Source: Candidatus Woesearchaeota archaeon
GTDB lineage: Archaea > Nanobdellota > Nanobdellia > Woesearchaeales > UBA9642
Direction of reading: 5' to 3'
Length of the DNA stretch: 64,000 nt
Assembly (NCBI GenBank): GCA_003599145.1
Contig: QZIT01000005.1
Coordinates: forward strand, 127,961-191,960
Part shown: positions 1 through 11,145 of the stretch, one piece after another
How positions within the stretch are numbered: position 1 is the stretch's first letter
How the letters are laid out: each line of letters begins with the position of its first letter
The notes under the pieces: model-generated
Databases searched by the model: none
What the model was told of the DNA's origin: nothing
The model's input: only the letters and a program-made list of their open reading frames with translations
Program-made: the position numbers and the translations under genes

Positions 1-522
1 CGCTCCAATAGAACTTGCATGCAATTCCTCTTCATTTTCCCAGATACCATTGTCTGGGTCTTTCCAGTATTCAATGCTTTCCAAATAGAAAACCAATTTT
101 TGCACAATTCTTCTATCATTATCATCTCGGAATTCTAAGATGCTTTTACCAACAAGGTCTGCAAACTTAAACAGAAAAGCTCCTATCTGGTCGTTCTGTT
201 TATTGCCCCAGTCTTCCCAGAACTCGTTGAATGTTTTAGGGCAGTATCGTGGATGAATATACTGGTACTTATGCGTGGGCTTCTCCTTAATCGCCCAGTC
301 AATTTTGGTCTCGTGCTTCAAAAGGATGTCTAGAATAGCGTAAAAGGCCTTTTTAACCCTTGCGTACTGCTTGGTTTTTTCTAATCCTAAGGCTTCATAA
401 ACATTATCCCTAATCCATGCAGCCCTTCCATAGCCTGTTTCCGTAGCAGGAGCTGCTATAAACAAGCCTGATTTATGCTGCAATTTTTTCAATATTTCCA
501 CTGAATGTTTAACCTTATTCAT
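1..522 (-). CDS. Glycoside hydrolase family 15 (glucoamylase/glucodextranase-like), N-terminal part only; gene runs off the left edge
   Basis: Own reverse-complement translation starting ATG at 522: MNKVKHSVEILKKLQHKSGLFIAAPATETGYGRAAWIRDNVY...DPDNGIWENEEE. W-x-RD and GlWEE-type motifs typical of GH15. Not in the ORF track because the gene is truncated by the window edge. Confidence 0.65.
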   Translation of the reverse strand, partial: MNKVKHSVEILKKLQHKSGLFIAAPATETGYGRAAWIRDNVYEALGLEKTKQYARVKKAFYAILDILLKHETKIDWAIKEKPTHKYQYIHPRYCPKTFNEFWEDWGNKQNDQIGAFLFKFADLVGKSILEFRDDNDRRIVQKLVFYLESIEYWKDPDNGIWENEEELHASSIGA

Positions 523-728
523 AGATCCCCCAATAAGGTTTATGAGCTAAACTAGTATTTAAATCTTTCGTTTTTTCATTACTTAACAGTAGTTACTTTA
601 TAAACAGGCTTTTCAAAAGGTATTTATAAATAAAGGTATTCCTGAAGACCTTGAAAAAAAGCTTCAGGCATTAGAGAAAGCTGCAAATCTTTGAATAACT
701 TTAAAAAAAACCAAGTATTTCTGCAATC

Positions 729-1106
729 ATGTACCAAGGACCATTGGAAGCAAGGGTAGCAACCTACACAGGAGATTTAGCAGAGTTATGCAAGCAGTAT
801 TCTGAGGGTTTTACCCCTGTGCAGACAGCGTTGAATTTGGAAATCTTAGGGCTTGATATACAAAGAAATGAATATACCTATGAACTGAAAATTTCCCGCA
901 GCCCTGCGCACGTAGATGATAACCTCATCATCACCGTTTATCCTCTATCAGATACCTATCAGCCATCTGCGCCAAGGCATATTATGAATGAGTTTGTTCA
1001 AAAAACAGGTTTAAAGGTGAAACCTGCTACTGAAAAAATCATCAATCTTCAAAGGCAATGCCTTGATGATAACGCACCATTAAAATTGCCCATTTCTTCA
1101 AATTAA
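729..1106 (+). CDS. hypothetical protein
   Basis: 125-aa ORF with coding-like composition, no recognisable motif. Confidence 0.4.
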   Translation: MYQGPLEARVATYTGDLAELCKQYSEGFTPVQTALNLEILGLDIQRNEYTYELKISRSPAHVDDNLIITVYPLSDTYQPSAPRHIMNEFVQKTGLKVKPATEKIINLQRQCLDDNAPLKLPISSN

Positions 1107-1309
1107 AAAAACATATAAACAAAATAAACTCTCTTTTTTCTGTGAAGATTTATGAAAAACACCACATTCTGCATTGGCTAGTGTGAGCTTATTCTAGTTC
1201 ATCTTCCTCATACTCATCCTCGACGTAAGCTCTAGAAGAATCACGCTCACGATATAACGAGTCTTTATCAGGCATTATCACAGTAAAGACAATCAAGTAT
1301 TTAAAGATA

Positions 1310-3100
1310 ATGAATCACAAATCAACTATGGCAAAACAAGAGAACAACAAGAAAAACCTTCAACTCTATTGGGGGTTGCTGAGAAACTACAAGCTTTTGA
1401 TAGTTGCACTGCTCTTGGTTATTCTCCTTGTTCAAGTGTCGTATGTTGCAGAGCGATTCTTGTTTAAAGTAATCATAGACAAAGGCACAGCATTTGCTGA
1501 GCAAACAATCACCAAAGAAATCCTGATAGCCAGCCTTATCTTGGTAGGCATACTTTTTGGAGCAATGGTTCTTGTCAGGGCAATTATGAAATGGTTTCAT
1601 ATTCATTTCATCAATATTCTCGATGCCAAAGTGATTTTTGACCTGAAACAAAAATTTTTCAGTCATGTGCTTCATTTGTCCTATAATTTTCACACAACGC
1701 ATAGAACAGGAAGTTTAATCTCAAGGTTAGTAAGAGGAGGAAGTGCTGTAGAACGAATTAACGGCGTTTTTGTGTTTAATGCAGTTCCCTTGATATTCCA
1801 GTTAATAGCAGTTTCCTTATCCATTGTATTTTTTGACTGGGGTGCAGCGCTGGTTGTTTTTATCACCGTTGTTTTATTCATAGCGTACAGTTATTACATT
1901 CAAATAAAACAGCACCCTGCAAGAATAGCATTTAATGATGCAGAGGACTTTGAAAAAGCTAACATTTCAGACATATTTACCAATATTGAATCCATAAAGT
2001 ACTTTGGAAAGGAGAACATCATCAAAAGCAAGTATCATGCATTAAGCAGCAAAACAAAGGAAACTATGCTTGAAAAGTGGAAATACTACAGACAGCTTGA
2101 TGCTGTGCAAACACTTATTTTAGGATTGGGAGTTTTTTTCCTTATCTATTTTCCCTTGATAAACTTTCTCAATAATCAAATGACCATAGGAACCTTGGTG
2201 TTCATTTATACTGTTTACGGAACGCTGACAGGCCCTCTTTACGGATTTGTCCACGGCATGAGAGAATACTTCATTGCCATGACTGATTTTGAAAGTTTAT
2301 TTCAATATGGCAGAATAGAGAATGAAGTAAAGGATGAGAAAGATGCCAAACCCCTTAAAATAAAGAATGGCAAGATAGAATTCAAGAAAGTAACATTCAA
2401 GTACCATGAAAGAAAGCTGTTTGATAATTTCAGCCTTGTGATTGAAAAGAACAGCAAAGTTGCCCTCGTAGGCCATTCCGGCTCTGGAAAAACGACATTT
2501 GTTAAATTGCTTTATAGAATGTACGATTTGCATGAAGGAAGAATCCTTATTGACGGCATAAACATTGCCAAGGTAACGCAGGAATCCCTAAGAAACGAGC
2601 TTAGCATTGTTCCTCAGGAATGCATTTTATTTGATGATACCATTTACAATAACATCGCCTTTTCAAATCCAGATGCAACCTACGAACAGGTCATGCAGGC
2701 AATGAAATTTGCACAGCTGGACAGCATTGTGCAAACCTTTCCTCAGAAAGAAAAAACCATTGTTGGAGAGAGAGGAATAAAACTTTCAGGAGGAGAAAAG
2801 CAGAGAGTTTCCATAGCAAGAGCAATACTTGCCGATAAAAAAATTTTAGTGCTTGATGAAGCAACATCTTCTTTAGACAGCAAAACAGAGCATGGAATTC
2901 AATCAGACTTGAAAAAGCTTATGGAGAACAGAACTTCTATTATTATTGCGCATAGATTATCAACAATCATGCACGCAAATAAAATTGTTGTTTTTGACAG
3001 TGGAAGGATAGTGCAGATGGGAACGCATGAAGAACTGATAAAGCAAAAAGGAACCTATAAGCAATTATGGAACCTGCAGAAAGGAGGGTATATAGAATAG
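1310..3100 (+). CDS. ABC transporter, fused permease/ATP-binding exporter (MsbA/ABCB-like)
   Basis: N-terminal TM helices; Walker A GHSGSGKTT; ABC signature LSGGEKQRVSIARA; Walker B ILVLDEATSSLD. Confidence 0.9.
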   Translation: MNHKSTMAKQENNKKNLQLYWGLLRNYKLLIVALLLVILLVQVSYVAERFLFKVIIDKGTAFAEQTITKEILIASLILVGILFGAMVLVRAIMKWFHIHFINILDAKVIFDLKQKFFSHVLHLSYNFHTTHRTGSLISRLVRGGSAVERINGVFVFNAVPLIFQLIAVSLSIVFFDWGAALVVFITVVLFIAYSYYIQIKQHPARIAFNDAEDFEKANISDIFTNIESIKYFGKENIIKSKYHALSSKTKETMLEKWKYYRQLDAVQTLILGLGVFFLIYFPLINFLNNQMTIGTLVFIYTVYGTLTGPLYGFVHGMREYFIAMTDFESLFQYGRIENEVKDEKDAKPLKIKNGKIEFKKVTFKYHERKLFDNFSLVIEKNSKVALVGHSGSGKTTFVKLLYRMYDLHEGRILIDGINIAKVTQESLRNELSIVPQECILFDDTIYNNIAFSNPDATYEQVMQAMKFAQLDSIVQTFPQKEKTIVGERGIKLSGGEKQRVSIARAILADKKILVLDEATSSLDSKTEHGIQSDLKKLMENRTSIIIAHRLSTIMHANKIVVFDSGRIVQMGTHEELIKQKGTYKQLWNLQKGGYIE

Positions 3101-3880
3101 TTATGCAATAGTGATATTTTGTTTTTTTATCTCTATCAGGTTTTCTTTTTCCATCTTTTTTGCAATGGAAAGAATATTTTTCTCAGGAAAGCTTTTTTTT
3201 ATTTTGTTGATGCTGATTCTTTTTTCTTTAAGCAGTGTCTTAATAATGAAACCTCTTACCTCTCTGTCAGAACCCTTAAATGCAGATTGTTTTGATAAGG
3301 GAGCAATGCCTGTTTTCTTTGCCGTTAAAACCAAAGCGCCATAATCCATGAGTGCATTATGCCATAATCTTGATTTTCCTTTCAGTATGTAAGATTGCGC
3401 TATTTTTTTTAATTTTTTTATATCTATATGTTCAGGCAATGTTAACTCATGCATTAAAACTCTTCTGATATTGGTATCAAGAACAGGAACTTCTTTATTA
3501 AAGGCAAAAGCCAGAACTGCATTGGCAGTATACGCTCCTATGCCGGGAAGCTGTAAAAGCTCTTCTGCTGTTTGAGGAATGCTTTTTTTATTTTTTATCA
3601 AGATTTGCGTTAGTTGCTGAAGGCGCAAGACTCGGTTATTATAGCCTAATCCCGACCAGTGCTGTAAAACTAGTTTTTTATCTGCTTTTGCAAGTGTTTC
3701 TAAATCAGGAAATTTCTTTATAAACTTCAGATAATAAGGAATGACCCTATCAACTTGTGTCTGCTGGAGCATAATCTCGCTGACAAGGATACGATACGGA
3801 TTTGTTGTTTTTCTCCAGGGCAAATCTCTTTTATTTTTTTTATACCAGGAAAGGATTCTTCGTTGAAAAGGCTTCATCAT
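3101..3880 (-). CDS. HhH-GPD superfamily DNA glycosylase (MutY/EndoIII-like, apparently no Fe-S cluster Cys motif)
   Basis: N-terminus LPWRKTTNPYRILVSEIMLQQTQV and helix-hairpin-helix LPGIGAYTANAV typical of MutY/Nth family; C-terminal Cys cluster absent. Confidence 0.75.
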   Translation of the reverse strand: MMKPFQRRILSWYKKNKRDLPWRKTTNPYRILVSEIMLQQTQVDRVIPYYLKFIKKFPDLETLAKADKKLVLQHWSGLGYNNRVLRLQQLTQILIKNKKSIPQTAEELLQLPGIGAYTANAVLAFAFNKEVPVLDTNIRRVLMHELTLPEHIDIKKLKKIAQSYILKGKSRLWHNALMDYGALVLTAKKTGIAPLSKQSAFKGSDREVRGFIIKTLLKEKRISINKIKKSFPEKNILSIAKKMEKENLIEIKKQNITIA

Positions 3881-4015
3881 TATGCTGAAAAGACTTGATT
3901 TAAAAATATTTGCCAGAAAGCAAAAAAAACCAAAACAACAACAAAAAATGCAAAATAATCACTATAAAGTAATAAATATAGAAAAATTTATAAATAACTG
4001 CAGACAACAAAAACC

Positions 4016-4612
4016 ATGCAACTCGAAGAAAGTGTAGAGAAAGAAGCAGAGCGAATGAATCTTACAAGCAGTGTTGCAAACGTCCTTGCACTTCTTACCT
4101 TTCAGCACCAACACCCAGAAAGAAGAACTCCCTTCAGAAGAATGCTCCTCTATCCAGAAGACTGGAAGCTCTATGCAACCATCATGGGATGGTCAAATCT
4201 CAGGCCTGTTGATTTGCAAAAAAACACCGTTCCCAGAGGAAGCGCATTTTATGAAGCGTTGATGGATTATACAAAACAAGAAACCTCAGATCCATACGAC
4301 TGCAGAGCAATAAGACGTATGGTTTTACCAAAAAAAAGAAAAACAAACTCTGCAAAGAAAAAAAAGGAGTCAGACTATGCTTTCAGAACACTCTCTGAAT
4401 GGAGAACAGCTTACTTAGCACATCCTGAATGGCATCAAGAAACAGGTGTTGAAAGAAGAAAAAATCCAGAGTTTAGAGATTTTGATAGGCAGTTTTCTGC
4501 ATATGCGAAAACCCTGCAAGGAAGAGCTTCTCAGCATTATTTCAGAAGAGCTCGAAGATTAGTGTATGCTCCATCATCAACAATCATTATTGAAGAACGG
4601 CATCTTCACTAA
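4016..4612 (+). CDS. hypothetical basic protein
   Basis: 198-aa ORF, K/R-rich segment KKRKTNSAKKKKE, no recognised domain. Confidence 0.4.
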   Translation: MQLEESVEKEAERMNLTSSVANVLALLTFQHQHPERRTPFRRMLLYPEDWKLYATIMGWSNLRPVDLQKNTVPRGSAFYEALMDYTKQETSDPYDCRAIRRMVLPKKRKTNSAKKKKESDYAFRTLSEWRTAYLAHPEWHQETGVERRKNPEFRDFDRQFSAYAKTLQGRASQHYFRRARRLVYAPSSTIIIEERHLH

Positions 4613-4619
4613 AAACAAC

Positions 4620-6383
4620 TTAATCAAGTTGATAAATATCCCTATATCTTTGCAAAGCTTGCCTGGTATTTGTTGTTATGCTGTCTATGACTTCTTCTGT
4701 TTGAGAAATTGCATTGCCTAAAAGATGCTTTCTATGTTCAACATCTGCATTTCCTTTGTGCATTTTATGAATAACCGCATCAATGAAAGACGTGCCTTTT
4801 AAAAGATAGTCAAGATTTCCATCCATATCCATTACAGAAAAAAGCATGTCCTTAACAGAATCGCCTACGCGTCTATCAATTCTCTTGTCACGCACTAAAC
4901 CATCAACATAATCAATCACTTCACTAGGCTTTACCACTGGCTTCATAACAATATCTTTTAATCCATCATAAGCATCTTCAACTCCATGCGCTCTTAAATA
5001 GCTCTGCACAGCAGAAGAAGCAATTTTAGGTCCTTGCTGATAGATTGCAGTTTCTATTCCGATAATATCAGGCTCATAGCGCTCAAGCTCTTTCGTCAAT
5101 CGTTTCATTCCTATGATAGAAAGCATGACAGGATGGAATGCTTCTCTCAAGGTAAACGATCTTCTCAAATCCCCCTGCGTTCTGTAAGCAACCAGCATTC
5201 GCTTAATAGGAAGCGTCATGCCTTCTGCGATGGCAAGTGCTGCTTCAGCGCCTTCTGCAAAATAAGGATTGATTTTCTGGGGCATTGCAGAGCTTCCTGA
5301 AACCCCTTTGGGATTTGCTTTTGCCAACATTCCATTTGAGGCATATAACCAAACATCAGTTGCTGCTTTTTGCATTACTAATCCTACATTAGTCATGACA
5401 TCTAAAAATTGAGAGAATTTTGCATACGTTGAGCTTTGGTCCATGCCCAATTCATAATGGCCCAGGCCAAAAACATGAGTAATGATTTCATGATAAAGAT
5501 CAAAGGTTTTCAACTGCGGAAATGCGGCTTTCATATCGACGTCAGTTCCTGTAGCTCCCGCAATTTTTCCCTCAAGCATAAACAGGTGAGGGCTTACTAA
5601 AGGTTCAAGATGCTTCACGAGCTGCATGGCAAGATTTGCATAAATATGTTCTAAGGCATCTAATTGGGCAGGCTGTCCGTGGGTTTCTGCAATGCAAGTT
5701 ACATTCCTGTGTTTTTTTGCCTTGTCGATAAGTGCTCTTAACAAATCAGAAACCGTAGACGTCCATTCTGCAATCGCCTTCATGTACAGATTTCCCGTCA
5801 CATTAGCATTAACATCGTCAGATGTTCTTGCAAAATGAACAATTCTTCTCATCAGCGATTCATCAAAGCCTAATTGCTGCGCTCGTATGGTTGCCCATGT
5901 GTTTGCAGAGACAACATCGTGGTCTGTTTTCCTCTCAATGAGCTTTACTGCAAGATAATCCTGAACAGAAAAAGTTTTGTAAATAGAACGCAACGTCAAT
6001 TTTTCATCGTCGGTAAACTTTCTTCTTACCAATGCATTGACAGGAATTTGGTTCACCAATTCATCGGAAAGAGCAATGACATATTCAACAGCAAACTTCA
6101 TTCTCCCTTGTACCAAAGCCTGTTCAGAGCTAATATCGTGAAATCTTTCAACCAAGGAATGATATCTTCCCTCAGTAATTTCCAGGGCATCTCCTAATTC
6201 AATTTCTTTCTGAACCCAATTGGTTGTTCTTGATTCGCTGAAGGTCTGACGTCCGATTTGTAAAATTTCATTTAACCTTGCATATTCAGGCTCTTCAAAT
6301 CCTCTATCTTCTAGAAGTTTAATGCTTCCTGCCGAAAGTCCTCTTTCTGTTTGTAATTCCTGAACAATATCAGTCAGCGTCAT
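4620..6383 (-). CDS. purB: adenylosuccinate lyase (fumarate-lyase family, long form with C-terminal extension)
   Basis: Fumarate lyase signature GSSAMPQKINP; 587 aa; 4-nt overlap with purA upstream. Confidence 0.8.
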   Translation of the reverse strand: MTLTDIVQELQTERGLSAGSIKLLEDRGFEEPEYARLNEILQIGRQTFSESRTTNWVQKEIELGDALEITEGRYHSLVERFHDISSEQALVQGRMKFAVEYVIALSDELVNQIPVNALVRRKFTDDEKLTLRSIYKTFSVQDYLAVKLIERKTDHDVVSANTWATIRAQQLGFDESLMRRIVHFARTSDDVNANVTGNLYMKAIAEWTSTVSDLLRALIDKAKKHRNVTCIAETHGQPAQLDALEHIYANLAMQLVKHLEPLVSPHLFMLEGKIAGATGTDVDMKAAFPQLKTFDLYHEIITHVFGLGHYELGMDQSSTYAKFSQFLDVMTNVGLVMQKAATDVWLYASNGMLAKANPKGVSGSSAMPQKINPYFAEGAEAALAIAEGMTLPIKRMLVAYRTQGDLRRSFTLREAFHPVMLSIIGMKRLTKELERYEPDIIGIETAIYQQGPKIASSAVQSYLRAHGVEDAYDGLKDIVMKPVVKPSEVIDYVDGLVRDKRIDRRVGDSVKDMLFSVMDMDGNLDYLLKGTSFIDAVIHKMHKGNADVEHRKHLLGNAISQTEEVIDSITTNTRQALQRYRDIYQLD

Positions 6384-7918
6384 GCATCCTTCACCACATA
6401 CTGATCTCGTTTAGGGCCTGTTGATACAACCAGAATATTTCCTTTGGTGAATTGCTCAAACTCTCTGAAGCTTCTCAGCAGGTCTGGAGGGAAATCAGAA
6501 AAATCTTTTGCATCAGAAATATTCCCACATCCTTCATAGATGCTGAAAACTGGTTGCATCGATTCTAAAAATCCAGGAGAGCGATTAAAGTCTGTATGCA
6601 CTGTTCCTGATGCATCTTCATAGCCGTAATTTATTTTAAACTCATCAACACCGTCAAGACAGTCTGCTTTTGTTAAAATGAAATGAGGGCCGTTGATGGA
6701 AACAGCATAGCTTGCCATCACTGCATCTGTCCATCCTGTTCTTCTTGGACGTGATGTTGTTGCACCGTATTCATATGCTGCTAATCTGATTCCAATACCC
6801 TGAAAGAATGGGTCCGAGCTGTTTGCAAGCTCAAGAACTCTTGTTCTGTTTTCTTTAATAAATTTTACCGTGTCTGATTTATATTTTTCCAATGCTGCTT
6901 CAGCATCTATAGTTCTTGTTTTTTGCAACCTTCTTATTTCGTCCAAATCTATGCTCATGTCTAAAAAAGTTTTTGCTTCATAAAACATGTCATGCTCTGT
7001 TCCTCCGGCACAATAATTTTCAGACGCAACTCCTCCCAATTCTGAAGGAAATGGCCCTCCTCCAACTCTCGTCATGAAAGGATATTTTACAATACCAAAA
7101 GTAATGTCCACATCTTCAGGAGAAAGTCCTACTCCATAGGCTAAACCGCGAATAGAACAATCTGAAGAAGTAACATAAGGATAGGTTCCATATTCTATGC
7201 TCAATCCCAATCCCTGTGCTCCCTCAAGCAGTATTTTTTTCCCTTGGCTGATAAAGTTTTTTAATTCCTTGTCTGTATCCTTGATAAACGGGTTTATTCT
7301 ATCGAGATGAGGCTGCAAGTCCGTTAGAAGTTTGTCAAGGTATGCAGAGACATCAGGAATTGCACCAGGAAAAAGGTTTGCAACTCTTTTCACATTCTTA
7401 TCCAATTGTTTGAGGAGTTTATCCCTATCTCCCAAAAGCATTTCAATGGTTATTCCTCTTCTTGCAGTTTTATCTGCATAGCAAGGTCCTATTCCCCTGC
7501 CTGTAGAGCCAATGCCTCCGTTAGATAAAGATTGGTTTTCAAGTTTATCTTCAAGAATATGATAATCAAAAACAACATGAGCATCTTTGCTTATCATTAA
7601 ATTATTATACGTTACCCCCGCTCTGTCAAGCATGTCTAATTCTTTTGTTAATGCGGAAAGGTCGATGGCCATGCCATTGCCCAACATATTTACTTTTCCT
7701 TCTTTGTCATAAAGAATTCCTGCAGGAATAAGATGCGTGATGATGCTTAAATCTCCGACTTCAATCGTATGGCCTGCATTTGCTCCGCCTGTTCCTCTTA
7801 CAATAACATCTGCCCACTGCGCAAGCAAATCTACAAATTTGCCTTTGCCTGTATCTCCAAATTGATTGCACACTATTGCAGCAATCTGTTTATCTTTTAA
7901 AAGAACATCAAGCGTCAT
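6380..7918 (-). CDS. purA: adenylosuccinate synthetase (long form with insertions)
   Basis: N-terminal GDTGKGK P-loop-like motif and GGANAGHT motif characteristic of AdSS. Confidence 0.85.
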   Translation of the reverse strand: MTLDVLLKDKQIAAIVCNQFGDTGKGKFVDLLAQWADVIVRGTGGANAGHTIEVGDLSIITHLIPAGILYDKEGKVNMLGNGMAIDLSALTKELDMLDRAGVTYNNLMISKDAHVVFDYHILEDKLENQSLSNGGIGSTGRGIGPCYADKTARRGITIEMLLGDRDKLLKQLDKNVKRVANLFPGAIPDVSAYLDKLLTDLQPHLDRINPFIKDTDKELKNFISQGKKILLEGAQGLGLSIEYGTYPYVTSSDCSIRGLAYGVGLSPEDVDITFGIVKYPFMTRVGGGPFPSELGGVASENYCAGGTEHDMFYEAKTFLDMSIDLDEIRRLQKTRTIDAEAALEKYKSDTVKFIKENRTRVLELANSSDPFFQGIGIRLAAYEYGATTSRPRRTGWTDAVMASYAVSINGPHFILTKADCLDGVDEFKINYGYEDASGTVHTDFNRSPGFLESMQPVFSIYEGCGNISDAKDFSDFPPDLLRSFREFEQFTKGNILVVSTGPKRDQYVVKDA

Positions 7919-9363
7919 TTTACCAATCCGTGAGGGTTTCTGTTGATGTATCCTGCACCATCTGAATTCAATTCAATAACTGCCTTTTTCCTAAATTCTT
8001 GTAAATTCATTGCTCCTGCATTTGCCATGGCTGATTTTATTTTCAAAATATCTCTTTTCAGATTTGGCTTTAATCTTCCCGCATAGGGCACTCTTCCTTC
8101 TTCGCCCTCAGCAAAAAAAGTTACAAACCCTCCATGACCGTATCTTCCTAAATTTCTTGCACGTATAGACCCTTCTCCCCACGATGCCACATAAGCAATA
8201 TCATCATCATGCAGGGTAATTCCTCCTCTATCATTGATTTTCTCTCCTGCAGCCTCGAAAAACCTGTTAAAATAACCGCCTAGCATCAAAGCATCTGCAA
8301 CCGTCAAGGCAATAATCATTTCTGCAGAACCAGGAATTCCTCCGTCGGCAATAACAGGAACATAAAGCAAACTTGCATTTTTTTTCAAAAAATCATTTCT
8401 TGCCCTGTCAACTTCAAGCAAGGCAGTCATCGACCCTCTTCCTGTTGATTTTTCCCTGAAGGTTGTACAGGTAGAACCAGGAGACATGCCTACTTTAATC
8501 ATATCTGCGCCTTTTTCCATAAGATACATTGCACCATCGTAGGTTATGACATTGCCTGCACAAATAGGCACAGGAATTTTCATTTTTTTATATTCATCTA
8601 AGACATCTCCCTGAAACTCAGTAAATCCGTCGGAACTGTCAATAACAAACAAGTCAACTCCTGCTTGATGGCCTGCACGAACTCTATTCTGCCATCCTGC
8701 ATGGGTTGTTATGGCAAGCCCTACTTTTAATTTTTCTTTGTCTTTTTTAAAGGCAAGCTTTACTAATCGTCTATTTTCATCCAGAACAACGAGATGCGGT
8801 TGTTTTTCTTTTTCCAATAAAGCAACCGTTTCATCAACAGAAATAGCTGGATTTTGCACGCACAAAACAACAGGATCATACAACATTGCCGTTGTTATAT
8901 TTTCATTCACAGGAATACCCCGTGCAAGATATTCACTATGAATAAACATGCCTAGAAAAACATTATTTCTATCAACAACAGGAATGCTAGAATGGCCGTA
9001 TTTTTCAACAAGTCTCAATGCCTCATCGATAGTTGCGGTTTCTCTTACGGTAATAGGGTCTTCAACAAAGGTCATTTCAGTAGATTTTATTCTTTGGACA
9101 ATGTCAATTTGCTCTTCCAAACTCATGCGCGCAGGCAAGATAGGAAGTCCTCTTTCCTTTGCAAGCGCAAGAGCTAAGTCATATCCTGTTACTGAAGTCA
9201 TTGCTGCACTTAACAGGGGAACTCCCAAAGTAACTCCTGCAAGCGTTGTTTCCAAACTGATACTGCTCATCGTGCAGGTTCTCGGAGTTAAACCTGGAAG
9301 AAGAGAAAACTGCTGAAAAGCATATGCCTGTTTATCAATAACTTTTTTTACCATTAAATCCAC
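7915..9363 (-). CDS. guaB: IMP dehydrogenase with CBS pair
   Basis: Catalytic loop GMSPGSTCTT (IMPDH signature GxGPGSICTT), internal CBS domains, C-terminal GGI... Confidence 0.85.
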   Translation of the reverse strand: MDLMVKKVIDKQAYAFQQFSLLPGLTPRTCTMSSISLETTLAGVTLGVPLLSAAMTSVTGYDLALALAKERGLPILPARMSLEEQIDIVQRIKSTEMTFVEDPITVRETATIDEALRLVEKYGHSSIPVVDRNNVFLGMFIHSEYLARGIPVNENITTAMLYDPVVLCVQNPAISVDETVALLEKEKQPHLVVLDENRRLVKLAFKKDKEKLKVGLAITTHAGWQNRVRAGHQAGVDLFVIDSSDGFTEFQGDVLDEYKKMKIPVPICAGNVITYDGAMYLMEKGADMIKVGMSPGSTCTTFREKSTGRGSMTALLEVDRARNDFLKKNASLLYVPVIADGGIPGSAEMIIALTVADALMLGGYFNRFFEAAGEKINDRGGITLHDDDIAYVASWGEGSIRARNLGRYGHGGFVTFFAEGEEGRVPYAGRLKPNLKRDILKIKSAMANAGAMNLQEFRKKAVIELNSDGAGYINRNPHGLVK

Positions 9364-9445
9364 CCAATGACAAGAACCAAAATGCTCTTATATAGTTTTC
9401 TATTTTGTTATTTTAAGATAAAATTAAAAAATAAGTATAAAAAAA

Positions 9446-11074
9446 TCAGTACTCAGGCATTCCGCCCATTCCCTGAGGAGGACTATCATTGCCTCCTGAA
9501 GTTCCTGCAATGACATCATCAATTCTTAAAATCATGACAGCAACTTCTGAAGCAGAGCTGATGGCTTGGGTTTTTATTTTTAAAGGCTCAATAACTCCTT
9601 CTTTCCATGCGTCCATGGTTTTTCCTGTGAATACATTGATTCCCTGCCATTTAAGATTTTTATCATGCGCTGCTTTTAATTCTGTCATGACGTCTATCGG
9701 ATCTAAGCCTGCATTTTCAGCCAATGTTTTGGGAATGACTTCCATAGACTCAGCAAATGCGTTAACTGCCAATTGTTCCCTGCCTGAAAGAGATTCTGCA
9801 TATTTTTTCAATTGCTTTGCAAGTTCCACCTCAACAGAGCCTGCTCCTGCAACAACTTTATTATTTTTTAATGCTGCCGCAACATCTCCAAGAGCATCAT
9901 CCATTGCTCTTTTAATTTCGTCAACAACATGCTCTGTGCTTCCATGCACTAATATAGTGACTGCTTTTGGGTTTTTGCACTCTCGAACATAAGTCATGGC
10001 CTCTTCATCCTTATGCTTTACTTCTTCAACAATACCTGCGTTTCCCAAATCTTTTACCGTCAATTCATCCAAATTAGTAACAATGCTTGCACCTGTCGCC
10101 TTAGCCAAATTATCCATGTCGCTTTTCTTTACTCTCCTGCATGCATAGATTCCTTTTTTAGCCAAAAAATGTTGGGCCATATCATCAATACCCTTTTGGC
10201 AGAAAACAACATTTGCACCAGACTGCTCTATCTTGGAAACCATTTTTCTGAGCATGTTCTCTTCCATATCCAAAAATGCCTGCATTTTTTCAGGGTCGCT
10301 TATCTGGATTTTCGTTTCAATCTCCGTATTTTTTATTTCAAGCGCAGAATCTATCAAGACAATTTTTGCATCTTTAATTTTTTTTGGCATTGCACTATGA
10401 ACTTTTTCTTTGTCAACAACAACGCCTGATATTAATTCAGAGTCTTCAACGCTGCCACCAACTTTTTTCTCTATTTTGATGGAATCCATGTCAAAAGAAT
10501 GTCCAGTGTTGCTTTTTTCCATGACTGATTTTACTGCTTTAACCGTTAAATCCGCCAATTGCTCCTTTGCATTCTCAGCGCCTTTTCCGGTCATTGCAGT
10601 CATGGCAATTTTTTTTAAGACATCAGCATTATCTTCAGTAATCGTTTCTGCTATTCTGTTTAAAATTTCCTGCGCTTTTTCATTGGCCATTCGGTAGCCT
10701 TTTGCCAAAACAGTAGGATGAATGTTCTGATCTAAAAGAGCTTCTGCCTTTGCAAGCAGTTCTCCTGCAAGAACAACGGCTGTAGTTGTTCCATCGCCAA
10801 CTTCATCTTCCTGCGTTTTTGCTATTTCAACAATCATTTTCGCAGAAGGATGCTCTATCTTAATTTCCTGCAAGATGGTAACGCCATCATTAGTTACGGT
10901 AATATCTCCTAAAGAATCAACAATCATTTTGTCCATGCCTTTTGGGCCTAGTGTTGTTCGTACTGTTTCTGCAACCATTTTAGCAGCCATAATGTTTGTT
11001 TTTTGCGCGTTCTTTCCTGTAGTTCTTTGCGTACTTTCAGGCAAGATAAATATAGGTTGTATTTGATTTGTCAT
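9446..11074 (-). CDS. ths: thermosome subunit (group II chaperonin)
   Basis: [27 protein letters not shown]-terminal GGMGGMPEY tail. Confidence 0.95.
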   Translation of the reverse strand: MTNQIQPIFILPESTQRTTGKNAQKTNIMAAKMVAETVRTTLGPKGMDKMIVDSLGDITVTNDGVTILQEIKIEHPSAKMIVEIAKTQEDEVGDGTTTAVVLAGELLAKAEALLDQNIHPTVLAKGYRMANEKAQEILNRIAETITEDNADVLKKIAMTAMTGKGAENAKEQLADLTVKAVKSVMEKSNTGHSFDMDSIKIEKKVGGSVEDSELISGVVVDKEKVHSAMPKKIKDAKIVLIDSALEIKNTEIETKIQISDPEKMQAFLDMEENMLRKMVSKIEQSGANVVFCQKGIDDMAQHFLAKKGIYACRRVKKSDMDNLAKATGASIVTNLDELTVKDLGNAGIVEEVKHKDEEAMTYVRECKNPKAVTILVHGSTEHVVDEIKRAMDDALGDVAAALKNNKVVAGAGSVEVELAKQLKKYAESLSGREQLAVNAFAESMEVIPKTLAENAGLDPIDVMTELKAAHDKNLKWQGINVFTGKTMDAWKEGVIEPLKIKTQAISSASEVAVMILRIDDVIAGTSGGNDSPPQGMGGMPEY

Positions 11075-11145
11075 TATTCCACCCCGATAATTATTAGATT
11101 ATGATGAGAGAAAAGGGGGGTCTTTATATAATTTATGAAAAAAAA

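Noticed and set aside
1193-1279. 28-aa acidic minus-strand ORF (MPDKDSLYRERDSSRAYVEDEYEEDELE) upstream of the ABC transporter
   Set aside because: It is too short and featureless, and likely promoter-region noise.
9489-11066. Four plus-strand ORFs (167, 138, 95 and 63 aa) antisense to the thermosome gene
   Set aside because: They are entirely embedded antisense in a strongly supported conserved gene and have Ser/Thr/Ala-rich or Phe-rich compositions typical of antisense-frame artefacts.
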